A DNA stretch of 64,000 bases from contig CAJFCJ010000010.1 in NCBI GenBank assembly GCA_904063045.1, forward strand, positions 496,001-560,000. The letters run 5' to 3'. Below the pieces are notes generated by a model. That model worked only from the letters and a program-made list of their open reading frames with translations, was not told where the DNA came from and did not search any database. Every line of letters starts with the position of its first letter. Position 1 is the stretch's first letter. Of this stretch, positions 1 to 11,735 are shown in pieces. This DNA is from Dimorphilus gyrociliatus. Taxonomy: Eukaryota > Animalia > Annelida. Position numbers and translations under genes: made by a program.

Positions 1-26
1 TTTTTTATCCCTTCGATTTAAAATAG

Positions 27-215
27 GTACCCGAAAAATTCCGGGAAGTCGTACAACAATCCCTGAGAGAATTCCATAAGTCAATTATGACCGGTAAAGA
101 CCAGGAACAATCATGGAAGAAAGCAATTTACAAAGTTATTCAACGAATGGACGAAAGTATACCCGAATATTTTAAATCTGTAAATTGGATGGATCAACTA
201 AACGAAAGAGCGTGA
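27..215 (+). CDS. pros: Terminal coding exon of prospero/PROX (C-terminal Prospero domain); rest of gene lies upstream of the window
   Basis: Acceptor AG at 25-26, then [62 protein letters not shown] (TGA 213-215). This matches the PROX1/Prospero C-terminus motif (VP..F.EV....LREF..AI..GKD...[19 protein letters not shown]). Not in the ORF track because the exon has no start codon at its 5' end. Confidence 0.95.
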   Translation, partial: VPEKFREVVQQSLREFHKSIMTGKDQEQSWKKAIYKVIQRMDESIPEYFKSVNWMDQLNERA

Positions 216-2689
216 AAAGTGAAACATGTCTCCTTTTTTCTTGACTCTGATTTGTAAATGTATAAAGTGTGCGGTTATTTTTTTGGGTGGTGTTTTATTA
301 TAATTTCTATTGTTTTTTAATTATTATATTTTTTTGTGCATGCTTTTGTTATAAATACTCGAATTGCTATATATTGTATAGATACATATATATATATAGA
401 AAGAAAGAGAGAGAGAGAGAGAGACAGAGAGAGCGGCATATATATATATGCATATTACACATAGACATTTTAAGTAAAAACTTTTTAAATATATGTATAC
501 TGTGTGTATATGTCTTATATGATCGTTATCAGGAATGAAAATAATCTATATCAAATTGTAGAACTTAATTTTTTGGGTGGGTTTGCATCAATTTGCATAT
601 TTTTTATTTTTTAGGTGCTTTTATAAATATATATATATACTATATATATTCAATTTAAAAATTATTTATATATATATATGTATTTATATTTATGTATATA
701 ATAATGCATGTTTGTTTTTTTTTCATTATATATATCTATAGATACATATATATATATATATATACATATATATGTATGTATGTTATAAAGAAAACAAATA
801 CAAGAATTTTTTCTCCTAATATATATATAAAGAGGCGAAAATACAACAAGGCCGACGTTTTACAACGCAGCTGTCCGGATCAAGCGTGCGTCACGTCGCG
901 GATTAAGAGATTAGTAGAAGGTGGGCGTCGGCCGTCATTTATGCAGGCCTATTATAGCGTCTATTTATCTCTTATATAATGTACTACATGTGTATATTTA
1001 GATTGAAATTTTATAAGTAATGTGTATATTTAGATTATACAGTATATATATATATATATACGATTATAAATATATAACTACGCAAAAGCAAATACGCTAC
1101 ATGGAATATATGAAAAAACAACCCACGCGCACGGAACGCCTGGAAATTGTATATACACAAATAGAAAATGGGGCGATTTCAATGCAAACACGACATTTGG
1201 CGGCGACGTCTTGAACAATAGCCGTTCATCCGTCTTGAGTGGTCAGTTTTGCGCGTCGAACGCATCTGCTGCTCATTCTAGGAACGTCGCACCTGGCCGC
1301 ATTGTGACGTAACGACTACGCTCCGTTTGTTTTGGAATAATGTTCCATTTTCTTCCATTAAGTCGACTGTATATGTATATGCATAAGGATAGAGGGGAGC
1401 AAAGAGAGAGAGGGAAACGAAAGGCGGGGACACAAACAATGGAAAGGGTAAAAGAAAAACAATTGCTTAAAATATTCTTAATTGCTGGGATTATAAATAG
1501 CACAGCAGCGAGTGTTTACGATTATTAGAGACAACGAAATCTCATTAGGAAAGAAATTCTCCTGAAGGACATTTAAATATTTATCTATTTTATGTTTTTA
1601 TTAATTTTCTTTGAAATTTTTATAAGTTTAGAAAATGTTGTAGTATCAAGATTTTAAATTTTCATCCATTGTCCCCTCTTACTCGCATTAAAAAAGAAAC
1701 AATTATAAATATATTAAAAATATATAAAAATGAATATTCATTAATTAGAACAGGTACACTTAAGCATAAATTCACTATGTGTTTTAATTAGACTTTAAAG
1801 AATAGAGTATTAATTGAATCATTTATATAAAAAAATTTCTTTTTTACGACAGTTTTACTCTTTTTCACATTTTTCGTGATAATATTCTATGGAAAACATA
1901 GAAAGATACAGAGAACATATGTATATAAATTTGGATATATATTTATTTATCAGTCTAATCTCTTACAACTCAATCGTGTTTAATTTCAAAACGCCTAACC
2001 ATGCAGAAATTGCGTTTACAAAAACAAAGTTAAAACAGACACGCGTCTCAGCACGTTCGAAACTTCTCAGTTTGCCTCCTATTAATATTCATGATGTCAC
2101 AGGTCCTAGATTGCCTTCTTAAGCTCAATTAGGTGACGCTGTCTTGCGACGCCCTTTCGACGCCGTCGCTCGTCCGTCATCGTTCGTTTTGACGTTTCGT
2201 TAATCGTTTGGACGGCGATGAGCGTCGTGTGCGGTCGCTTATAGGAGAAGATTAGATAAGGATCAGTTTATATATAAGGGGGGAGTAGTTTTTTAGCGTG
2301 ACAACGTATTCTTCCCTGAACGAAAATTACTATCTTGCTAAACACGCTACTGGGCGTCACTCGTTCTAGAACAAAGCAACACCGAACGAGAATGACCTTT
2401 AAAACGGTCTTTGATTGCGAACAGATGGCGATTTAAACGCACGAGCGTTTTTTTAAGACGCTTATAAAGTGAGGTAACGCCTTGACATCCGTTTATCATA
2501 TAAAAGATTGCAGTATATATAAATTACAGTATGTATTTAGATACGTATTAGCGTATAGATTTGTACTATAAGTGATAAATGTGTCTATAGACACTACATA
2601 CGGTAGTTAAATAGCGCCTTGATATATGCATATGTGTAAAGATACATACACATATATGTATATGTATACTGACACACACAACTAACATA

Positions 2690-2845
2690 TATATATATAT
2701 GTTTGTGTATATTTATATGTATCTACATATAAATATACAGTATATATATATGTATATATATATATATAAGTAACATATATATATATATATATATATATAG
2801 TATTTATATATAAGTTTATATAAATATATATATATATATAAATAT
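2690..2845. repeat. Imperfect (TA)n microsatellite-rich spacer
   Basis: Runs of atatat interrupted by single substitutions; similar tracts near 380-400, 625-780 and 1040-1060. Confidence 0.85.
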
Positions 2846-5447
2846 ATGAAACGTCGTCCCGTCAAAACGATCAATTTTCTTATGGCAACCGGAAACGGAA
2901 CGCGTTCGCCGAGCGTGACGAAATTGAAACAGTCGAATCGATTCGGAGAAAAGTTTGATAATTGCAATACGGTCGGCGGTGCATGAAGCAGAACGCCAGG
3001 TGAAGATGGCACAACAGAAAAGAGAACGATATATATTTTTCTCGTCGTTCCGCTGTCAGCGCGACGCCCGCGGCTTTAATCGATTGTTAGGCGTCTATTG
3101 TGCGACGCCTATAGACGCTGCGCCGTTTTCTCTGGTCACTTTTTGCTATATTGCAATATACAAGCACAATAAGACAAACCGGAAACGACGCTCGTCAGTC
3201 GTCTATTCAAAATGGCAAGTTGGCCATATAAAAAGATTCGACGCCCGACGTCTTCTGCTTGGCTAACTCCTACTTACGGAGCATTTGGCTGCCGTCTCGA
3301 GGGAGGCGTCCAACTTGACGCTTCTCTACAAATATTGCTGGCGACGCTTATATAATTCTTTATCTCGTTTCGCGACGCGCCGTCGCTTCCTACTCCACTA
3401 TTTATAAGTCGTTCTATAAAGACTATGGAAAGAGGCTTGATTATGGCCCAGAGCTATGCCGTTTCTACTAAGTTGTAATCATCCATCGACGAACGTTCAC
3501 TTTTAAAATATTCACTAGCGTCTCTTTTTTCTCTTGTTCCAGTTTCTCTAGGCAGAGCGCACGCGCATCGAATCTTAGATAAGCCCCACCTTTTCCTTAA
3601 GAAACTATTTGTGCGTCTCGGCCAATCAGCGTGTTTCCTGGCGTTTCGGCCTATGAGCAAATTTCCCCCTTCTTGCCATATCTCGTCACCCGTATCTATG
3701 CTGTAATAATTTCCGTAGACATATAAGGGTGACGCGTTAAGAGAAGAAAAGAGGAACAGCTGCTGGCTACCGTTTTTTTCCTCTATACATTGACTTTGTA
3801 CCGTCTTTGTTTGTCAAAGTTAAAAATAAAAAGAAAGAATCGTTTGCAGACGTCGAGCGTTCGTATTAGCTAAATAGACATTGATTTAGCAAATCTCATA
3901 AGTCGAAGGTAACGCGGCGGCGGGCGTCGAATCGATAAGAAACGCTCAGATCGATACATTCTTTCAACAAAAATCTTTTCACTTGAAGAATATCGACCGA
4001 CTGGCTTTTTACCTTTAGTTCTCTATACACAGAAAAAAGCAATTGCGAACAGATGTTTTCTGACTTCGACCGCCAGACGGCGTCACCTTCAAAAGTATAC
4101 ACACAAAAAAAACTTATATAGGAAAATTTTTCGACGTCACGCACGTTTCACATAGACGCTTGGTGATCCGTATAGGCGCTACAATTTAGCGGAGTGCGTA
4201 TGACATTTTCGGTAAAAAATCGGGGCGTCTCCGGAGAGACGCCAGCGTTGTTTTCGCAGTTACGCGGATTCCGTAAATTGCAATAACAACAATGAAAAAA
4301 ACTCGGGATCGGGCGTCTTATTGCGGCGTCGCGTTGACGTTAATGTCCATAAAGCGTCGACGTCGCGCTTTTTATTTATTCCTACCGCAAAACGGCGGGC
4401 ATTAAAAGCAAAAGAACGTACGGACTATCGATCGTCGCCCAATTAAACATATGTTGGCTTTTAATGCGCTGGAAGATAAGATACACACACTTTTCTGACG
4501 GTAATAATAACGAGATAATTATCTCGTATACTGGCGACAGGCTGTATACATGCACATATATAATATAAGGCCTATATTCTTGACTTGCGATCAAGCCGTT
4601 TATGCTGATTTGCCATTGTTGTTTATCCTTGAATACAATTTCAACCAATTTACCAACTGCATTATATTTTTACCGATTATTTTCGATTAATAGGCCTACA
4701 CGTTCCCTCCCCATATATATCCCAAACAACAAGATGCGCGTATAATTTCATTATGCGCCAGCACTCAAAGTCAATATTGTTAGCAATCGTCAGCCCATCA
4801 CTTTCTATTTTAGCGCAGATAGAGTTGCTCAATGCCGCTACAATGGCTCACACCAAGCGTAGATTCTCCACATCCGGTGCTTTTGCTAGCTATAGTAGCT
4901 ACCTGCAATTTCTACTTCAAACAGACGCTCGCTGAGCGGTTAGACGGCCACGCTTCGTTTGCTTTTTGCCGATTTTCCCCCTTCCATTCTTTTATAGTCT
5001 ACGTTTATAATACTGGGAGGTTTGTTTGTGAGATGGCACGTTCCTAGCCATCATTGATCCCTCCCTTTACAAGCCCTTGGCTTTAAAAAGCCACTCCTCT
5101 TTTCCTCCTCTTTTACTACTATCTATCCATCATCTATCTATCTATCTATGTCTCTTTTATTATAGCGGAAAACGCCCATTCAAATTCCCTCTTCTCCTTT
5201 TTAACAATTCATGCCTATAAACTACTAACGCCATCTGCGACGTTGTGATCTATGATTTCGCAAATCGATTAGGGAGAGTCGTTAGGCCTATTTAAAACTA
5301 TACCTTTCCTTCCACTCAATTAAACTCTTCGACTCAGCCGTTTAAACGGTAGAATCGCCTCGAGGAGAATATTTTTTTTTTCACCTGTTTAGGCAAGTTT
5401 TTTCAACCAAGGTTTTTAGGATTAACAGTTTTAACTCCTTCGATTGG

Positions 5448-5460
5448 TAGATGGCGCCAC
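5448..5460 (+). promoter_or_regulatory. CTCF-like core motif TAGATGGCGCCAC upstream of the CD225 gene
   Basis: Matches the AGRKGGCR core of the CTCF motif. Related copies at 34968, 35001(-), 41865(-), 43792 and 62586. YY1 (AAGATGGCG) is an alternative reader. Confidence 0.45.
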
Positions 5461-6056
5461 GTTCTGTTAAAATTATGTAAAATTTATATTCCATCGTGTC
5501 CCCTCCGCTCCCTTTTCTTTCTATTACACCGCCCACAGCGAGAGAATATTTGGCAAAGAACCCGCAATTTCGTTTCTATTTTTATATACACTAGCTTTAT
5601 ATACAATCCAATTTTTTCATACTTTACAGAATTTATGCTGTCTTTAGAATGACAATCCATCATTGTAAGTCTAACGATAGCAAAAAATTACAAAAAAAGA
5701 GAAATGTATGTCAATTGCATGCTCCTTTTCGTCTTTTGCATAAAAAGTATCGAATTACGCGTTGTTGAATTAAGTGAAAATTTTCTTAATCAGTTTCATC
5801 GTATTGTCGTCTGCTAATAGCCTTCACCTTTAATGTAGAGGGCGTTATTAACTTAAACACAGGTAAGTCCAGGTAAATTTTTTAAACAATGTCAAAATGG
5901 ACCCTAAAAAGATTAAATTAAATTTTAATTGTTTAATTTATTAATAGATAATTTATAGAGAAGGTTTCATTCAATAATTGCTCTTAGTTTAAATGAATTT
6001 TCTGCATAATCTCAAAATTTCGGTAGGTTCTCAAGTTTTCGTCACCTGAGAATATT

Positions 6057-6902
6057 ATGGATGAATATAGACAAGCTACCACCACTCATATTAACTCCGG
6101 TTTTAATGCTGATTTAGGACAGCGTTTTGCTCATCCAGAGAACACAAGCTTCTATTCAGAAGATGAAAGTTTTTCAAGAATGGCAGATCAACCATCGATG
6201 CATTCCAGCTACACACAAGAATCTGGAAGAATACCTCACCGTTACCATCCACAAAACGTGCCCGCTACAAGATATTATGAATCTCCAGGTAAGAAAAGAG
6301 ATCATTTTAAATTAGAATCTTGAAATCAGTTGGGTAAAATGATAAAATATTTCAAAAGCTCAATCAGTTGTTCCTGTTGGTCAATCGGATCAGTCTCTGT
6401 TGTTTAATTACCAGCCGCAATGGATGAAAAATATGAAAGTTGACACTTACACCGGAGGACAAGCGGAAACTACGATGGATCAGTCAACATATAGTAAGAA
6501 GGAGTTTAAAATTAGAACTTACCTTATATGGAGCGTGTTAATGCTAATATTTTTCCTTCCATGTGGTACGTATGAATTGACCTTATTAAAACAATAAGAT
6601 GATTTATTTAACAAAACAAAAATTACCAATTACCAGGAGTTGTTGCTATGCTACTATCACTTAACATAAGGAACTTGAAGAGCAACGGACAAACGACTTT
6701 GGCAAAGAAACGTAGTAGAATTTTGCTCTGGTGGATTCTTATCGCACCGACTATAATGTTTGTAGTCTATGTAATTATCCTACTTACCCTTTTGTTCTGT
6801 GGCTTTAAAAGATACACAGTAGACGAGTATTTAATTCCACACGATTACGAAAGTAACAGTTATTGTATATTCGGCGGAGGAATTCGCGAAACATACCTGT
6901 AA
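6057..6902 (+). CDS. CD225/dispanin (IFITM/PRRT-like) membrane protein, about 231 aa, 3 coding exons
   Basis: Exons 6057-6288, 6368-6565 and 6637-6902, all GT-AG and in frame. Spliced product contains RTYLIWSVLMLIFFLPCGVVAMLLSLNIRNLKSNGQTTLAKKRSRILLWWILI, the CD225 pattern (YL.WS......LP.G.VA..S...R.....G....A). Pro/Tyr/Ser-rich N-terminus; AATAAA near 7185. Confidence 0.8.
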
Positions 6903-7693
6903 AAGCGAAAACAAAACAAAAAAACCACGTACAAATATATAAAAAAAGTTAACTTTTTTGTTTTGTTTTTACTGTTATATCGGTGACCTTTTAAACATAT
7001 CTTTATGTATATATTCATAGACTTTTATGCGTATATGTTCTTGCTTTTATTAAGATGATAATTAACATTTGAATCTCGTCTTTTTTAGATAATGCTCTTG
7101 CTTTATTTTTTTTATTATTTCTATGTTATTAGTTTTTTTCCTCCTTTGTAAGATTATTATGAATCATACTCTGAATATACTAAATAATAAACGAACTGGA
7201 AAGAACGAGTTGTCAACTCTTCTAAACAATATTAAATGTCAATCGGTATTATATAGTTAATATATTCTTCCATTCCATTTAACAGAGGAAACTTCACATT
7301 CTGAACGAAAAGTTCGAAAATTTCTGATAATTTAGTTTTTAAATAAATAATAAACTATTATTAAATTATTAATAAATATTATTAAAAAAATATTTTCCAC
7401 CTTACTCCTACTCTAAATCGATGAGCTAGCGTCTAATCCTAAATTTTTTATCCGCATTATCATTTTACGGCCGTCTATTAGTGTCTCTTTTGTATATAGC
7501 AACTTCCGCAAAAATCGCTCATTTCCCCTCCTTTTTTTATTCGCGAAAGTGGTATAAAGAGTAAATAAATCATATAGGACTAAATCATTCATTAATGTTT
7601 CTTTTTTTGACAGAAGCATTTAAGTTTCTCTTTCACATCTTATTATTATTTACAAAATGCCAAAAGAATGTACATTATGCAAGGAGAATACAT

Positions 7694-10600
7694 TTAGCCT
7701 TCATAAAGCAGACCTGAAAGAAAACATTTTCATTATTTAATAATGATTAAAAATTTTTTATAAGTAATGAAAAGAAAAACCAACCAGCTGTACAGGCATT
7801 CATAAAACTAGCTATAGTACCGGCTATCATCGCTCTTACAGCTATTCTAGCAATTATACTTTTCTTCTCAGGTGCCATTGCACCTAAAACTCCGATAACC
7901 ATTCCTATTGAAGATATATTTGCGAAACCACACAGGGCGTATGTTGAAATAACGATAGATCTTTCATTTCTCATTACTCCTCCTGTTAAAGTTACATTCC
8001 CTTCGAGAAGTATATCGACTTTATCTGGTCCAATGTAAGTCCAATTTCCCCCATTTTGTGTGTGGTTCGTAAATTTTCGTGAATTTGATACGATTGTACC
8101 CAACCTTTGATAAGCTACAAATTCGTTAATAAAAGTTTTGAAACCAACAAGTTGCGCCACCAAACGGCAATCTTCCGGGGCTACCCCCATAATAAAAGCA
8201 AAAGGCCACAAAAGGTAAGATGTTATTAGTTGGAAAGTGAGAGGTGGATATTTTGGCGGCTCCAGTCCAACTCTTCTACCAAACCATCTGAGCGTAGAAT
8301 TGACGAAGCCAAGCAGGGCTATGAAAGCGATTAGATTGGCTGCAATATTAGCTACAAGCTTTATACTTGTAGACGCCCCGGAAGCCGCCGCTTCGATTAC
8401 GTTCTGCTCGGGCGGCCTCTCCATCTCCGGTTTTTTACTGGCTTCCTCAGGCGTCTTTTCAACTTCCGGATAGAAGAGTTTGGACATGGCCAAAGCACAA
8501 GGAGCAGCCATTACGGATGCCGTAATCAAATGATTGGCGGGAACCTGCAATTATAAATAATATATTTCTTTAGATTTCTACTGTAGTGACTTATAACGTG
8601 CTGTTAAGTATATAAATAAAATATATATATGCTAATATATATATATATGTAAATACTATATATTACTAATATATATATATATATATATATAAATACTATA
8701 TATACTTATATTAGATATAGTAGATATAGTATATAATTTTCAATTGGGCCATGCTAAATATGATAAGATGCAAGAAATGACACTGAGAGTTGTACAATTA
8801 ATATCTGATAGCTTCCTAGATATACTTAAAGTCTAACGTTCAAGGTTTTTCAGAAGGTTATAGGTGGATCAATCGGTGCTGATTCAAAAGATCATAATAA
8901 GATAATTAGATATAGGATGCTCGTTTAAAAAAAAAATAATAAAGCAGCTAAGCGTCTCCTTACAAGTCTCTCAGTGCCAATACTAAAAAGGTCACAAAGT
9001 ACGATATTTTGTCTAAAGGTGAACTAACCCCAAAAAGAATGTACGAAGCCATAACGGCACCGGCAATTGAAGCGAATCCTCCTGTCATGACAGCATGCAA
9101 TTCTGAATCGCTCATCGAGTGGATTAGAGGACGGATTAGCAAGGGAGCTTCCGTTTGCCCGATAAAGATATTACCGGCGGCATTAACGCTCTCACCGGCT
9201 GTTGTTCCAAGGGTTTTTTGCATAACGAAAGCCAATTTGAGGATTACTGCCTGCATAACTCCCAGATAGTATAAAACAGAGACGACTGTACTAAAAAAGA
9301 TGACCACTGGCAGAACCTTAAAGGCGAATGGATGATCTGTGAATTTATCACCAAATACAAACTTGGCACCCTCGTCAGAATATGCAAGAAATTCTACTAC
9401 CCTGTATGAATTATTAAACAATTTTAGATTGATAAGAAAACCCTATCATTTTTCATTAAGAAAATCTGAGGATGTTGCCCTAAAAACAGTCTTTAACCCT
9501 GTTCCTTAAGCAACGCCATCTGTAGGATACAAACAAAAACTTGCCTATTTCCCAGCCAATTGAAGGCGTCGAAACCCCATTTTGTTCTTAAAATTAAAAT
9601 GGCAAACACAAATTGTAGACCCAGGCCCCAAGCCACGGGTCGCCACCTGACTTTAGCTGGATTATAGGAGAACATAAAGAATAGAATGATATAAATAACA
9701 TGACCGCTTAGAGAAATAAGATTCTTTGGTCTTTTTCTAGCGATGTTTACCGAAACGAATATTATAAATCCCGCAACAACCAAAAATATGAACAAGTATT
9801 TAAAAAAATTCCAGGCTGATATTCTGGATGATGGCCATTTCCTATTTATAGTGTTTCCAGTAGACTTCCAACCAGATTCAACTTTTGTACCATAGAATGA
9901 ATAAAGTATGTTACAAATCATAAAGAAAACAACTGTACAAGTAATCCATAACAGTCTAATAGACGGTTCATTTTGTAATCTTTCATGTCTCATAGCAAAG
10001 GCAAAGTACACAAAGTAACCAATTAAAAGGATTAATTGTATAATTTTTAGAATAACACTTCTATTCTGATTATAGAAATGCGATGATCTATTTTGAAAAT
10101 GCTCAATTTTTCTAAAAATAAGTCCCCTTCTTTCATTTATTTCAGTTCTATTGCCTCCATCCTCTTCAAAAGGCGATATTTGATTTTGATTTTGATTTTG
10201 TCGTTTCTGAAACAAAAATTATAATTATTTATATAATCTTTTATCAACTTCTTCTACCATTCAACAATTTTACAACTTTATCAATAAGCAAAGAGAGACT
10301 ATACTATTCATTTACAATAGGATTATTTAATCTATTTTTTATGATTCATTTTAAAACTACTTGTACTTATCACAATAAGAATAATTGTTTTAAACTCTTA
10401 TATAATTACAATAGTTTATTAACTTTATTCTATTATATTATCGTTTAAGCTTGTAAGTATAATTTTCTTTAAATCGACATCCAATTAGATTTACATAAGT
10501 TTACTTAACATAGTAATTTGTACTTGGCAAAAAAGACGACTACTGTTATAATATACAATTAAATATATTTATTTTTAGTTATCTATCAAAAAAAAAAGTA

Positions 10601-10901
10601 GCATTTTGTTTTTTATTTTTTTAAATATTGTCCTTACAAAGGCATACGAGATAATCAATCTATAATTAGGTACTTCTAAGATGTACCTCTGTTTTATTAA
10701 AAGTACTCATTACTTTTAATTGATGTAACATTAAATGTATTAAGGGGAATCATTTACCTTTGCATTTTCATTTGGAACATTTTCAGACGGTGAATCGGGC
10801 GAGAAAGCCTGATTTTCGTACGTTTGATGAACTTGCTTCACAGAGTCATTTTCAAATCCGCAAAAATCATCGTTTCTCTTGTTGTCTAGTTTATCAGCCA
10901 T
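7694..10901 (-). CDS. SLC28A: Concentrative Na+/nucleoside cotransporter (SLC28/CNT family), 5 coding exons
   Basis: Exons 10901-10758, 10206-9545, 9401-9029, 8544-7785 and 7713-7694. Motifs VRWRPVAWGLGLQFVFAIL, FLAYSDEGAKFVFG, FAFKVLPVVIFFS, NIFIGQTEAPLLIRP, YALCGFANISS, ACTAGLLYEG*. Confidence 0.95.
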
Positions 10902-11735
10902 AGTCGAAACTCTAAATGAAGATTAAATAATGCAATTTGATCTCTTTAACTAATCGTTTGTATCATTAATGAGAAGTCAGTCATAGCTAGGATTTAAAGA
11001 GAGAATTGAACAGGTTTCGTCTTTTATTCTTATACCGCAATCAAACTTATATGTTATCTTCACTTATATATAGATAAGATTAATTTTCAATAATCTTATC
11101 GCGCTGTTAAAAATTGAAGGGATGCTGTATGTTTTAACGACATTTTGACCTCAGGAAAACTAATGAAGCTCTTACATAAATAGTTAAAAGACTATTAACT
11201 TGGATTCTCTTTAATTAATGATAAATCCAAATCAATTAGTATCCGGAAAACATGAACAAAATACGTTATACAAAAGATTATGAAGATTAAAACCCTGAGA
11301 TTTGGGATCTTATGATTAAATTAAGATGAAACAGAACAAACATATTGATGGAATTATCTTTATTATAAATCCTTCAATACAAGGTTATCTCAGCTTTCTA
11401 GGTTCGCGGAAGAGCGTCGAGTTTTATGAATAACAATGATGAATAAATTCTATATATTAATTAATCGAATATATTCATATATGCATTTATATTTTTATAA
11501 ATTAGTTCTCTATATTTTACATGAAGGCTCTGAAAATCATTAACCTAAATTTTGGTAATTTCTTGCTTTCTACTTTAATCTAAATCTGCAAAAGAGAATT
11601 TTCTTCTTTTGTCTCTTTGTTTTGTTTTTTTTTTTTGCTTTAAATAATTTAATCAAGAAAGTTTTAACAGAAATTTAATATTCTTTTGATCTGTGGACAG
11701 TTATTCTTCATTTATCAGAAAAAAAACTCTTTCAA

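Noticed and set aside
269-5047. Many 60-100 aa ORFs in the track (YIYIY-rich, RERER, etc.)
   Set aside because: They derive from (TA)n/(GA)n repeats or the GACG-rich field, with no domain similarity or splice-supported gene model.
830-5050. CRISPR array or MITE/foldback transposon as explanation of the hairpin field
   Set aside because: No fixed-length direct repeats with spacers, no terminal inverted repeats with target-site duplication, and the context is eukaryotic.
8237-9269. + strand ORFs 8237-8473 and 9009-9269
   Set aside because: Antisense shadows of SLC28 exons.
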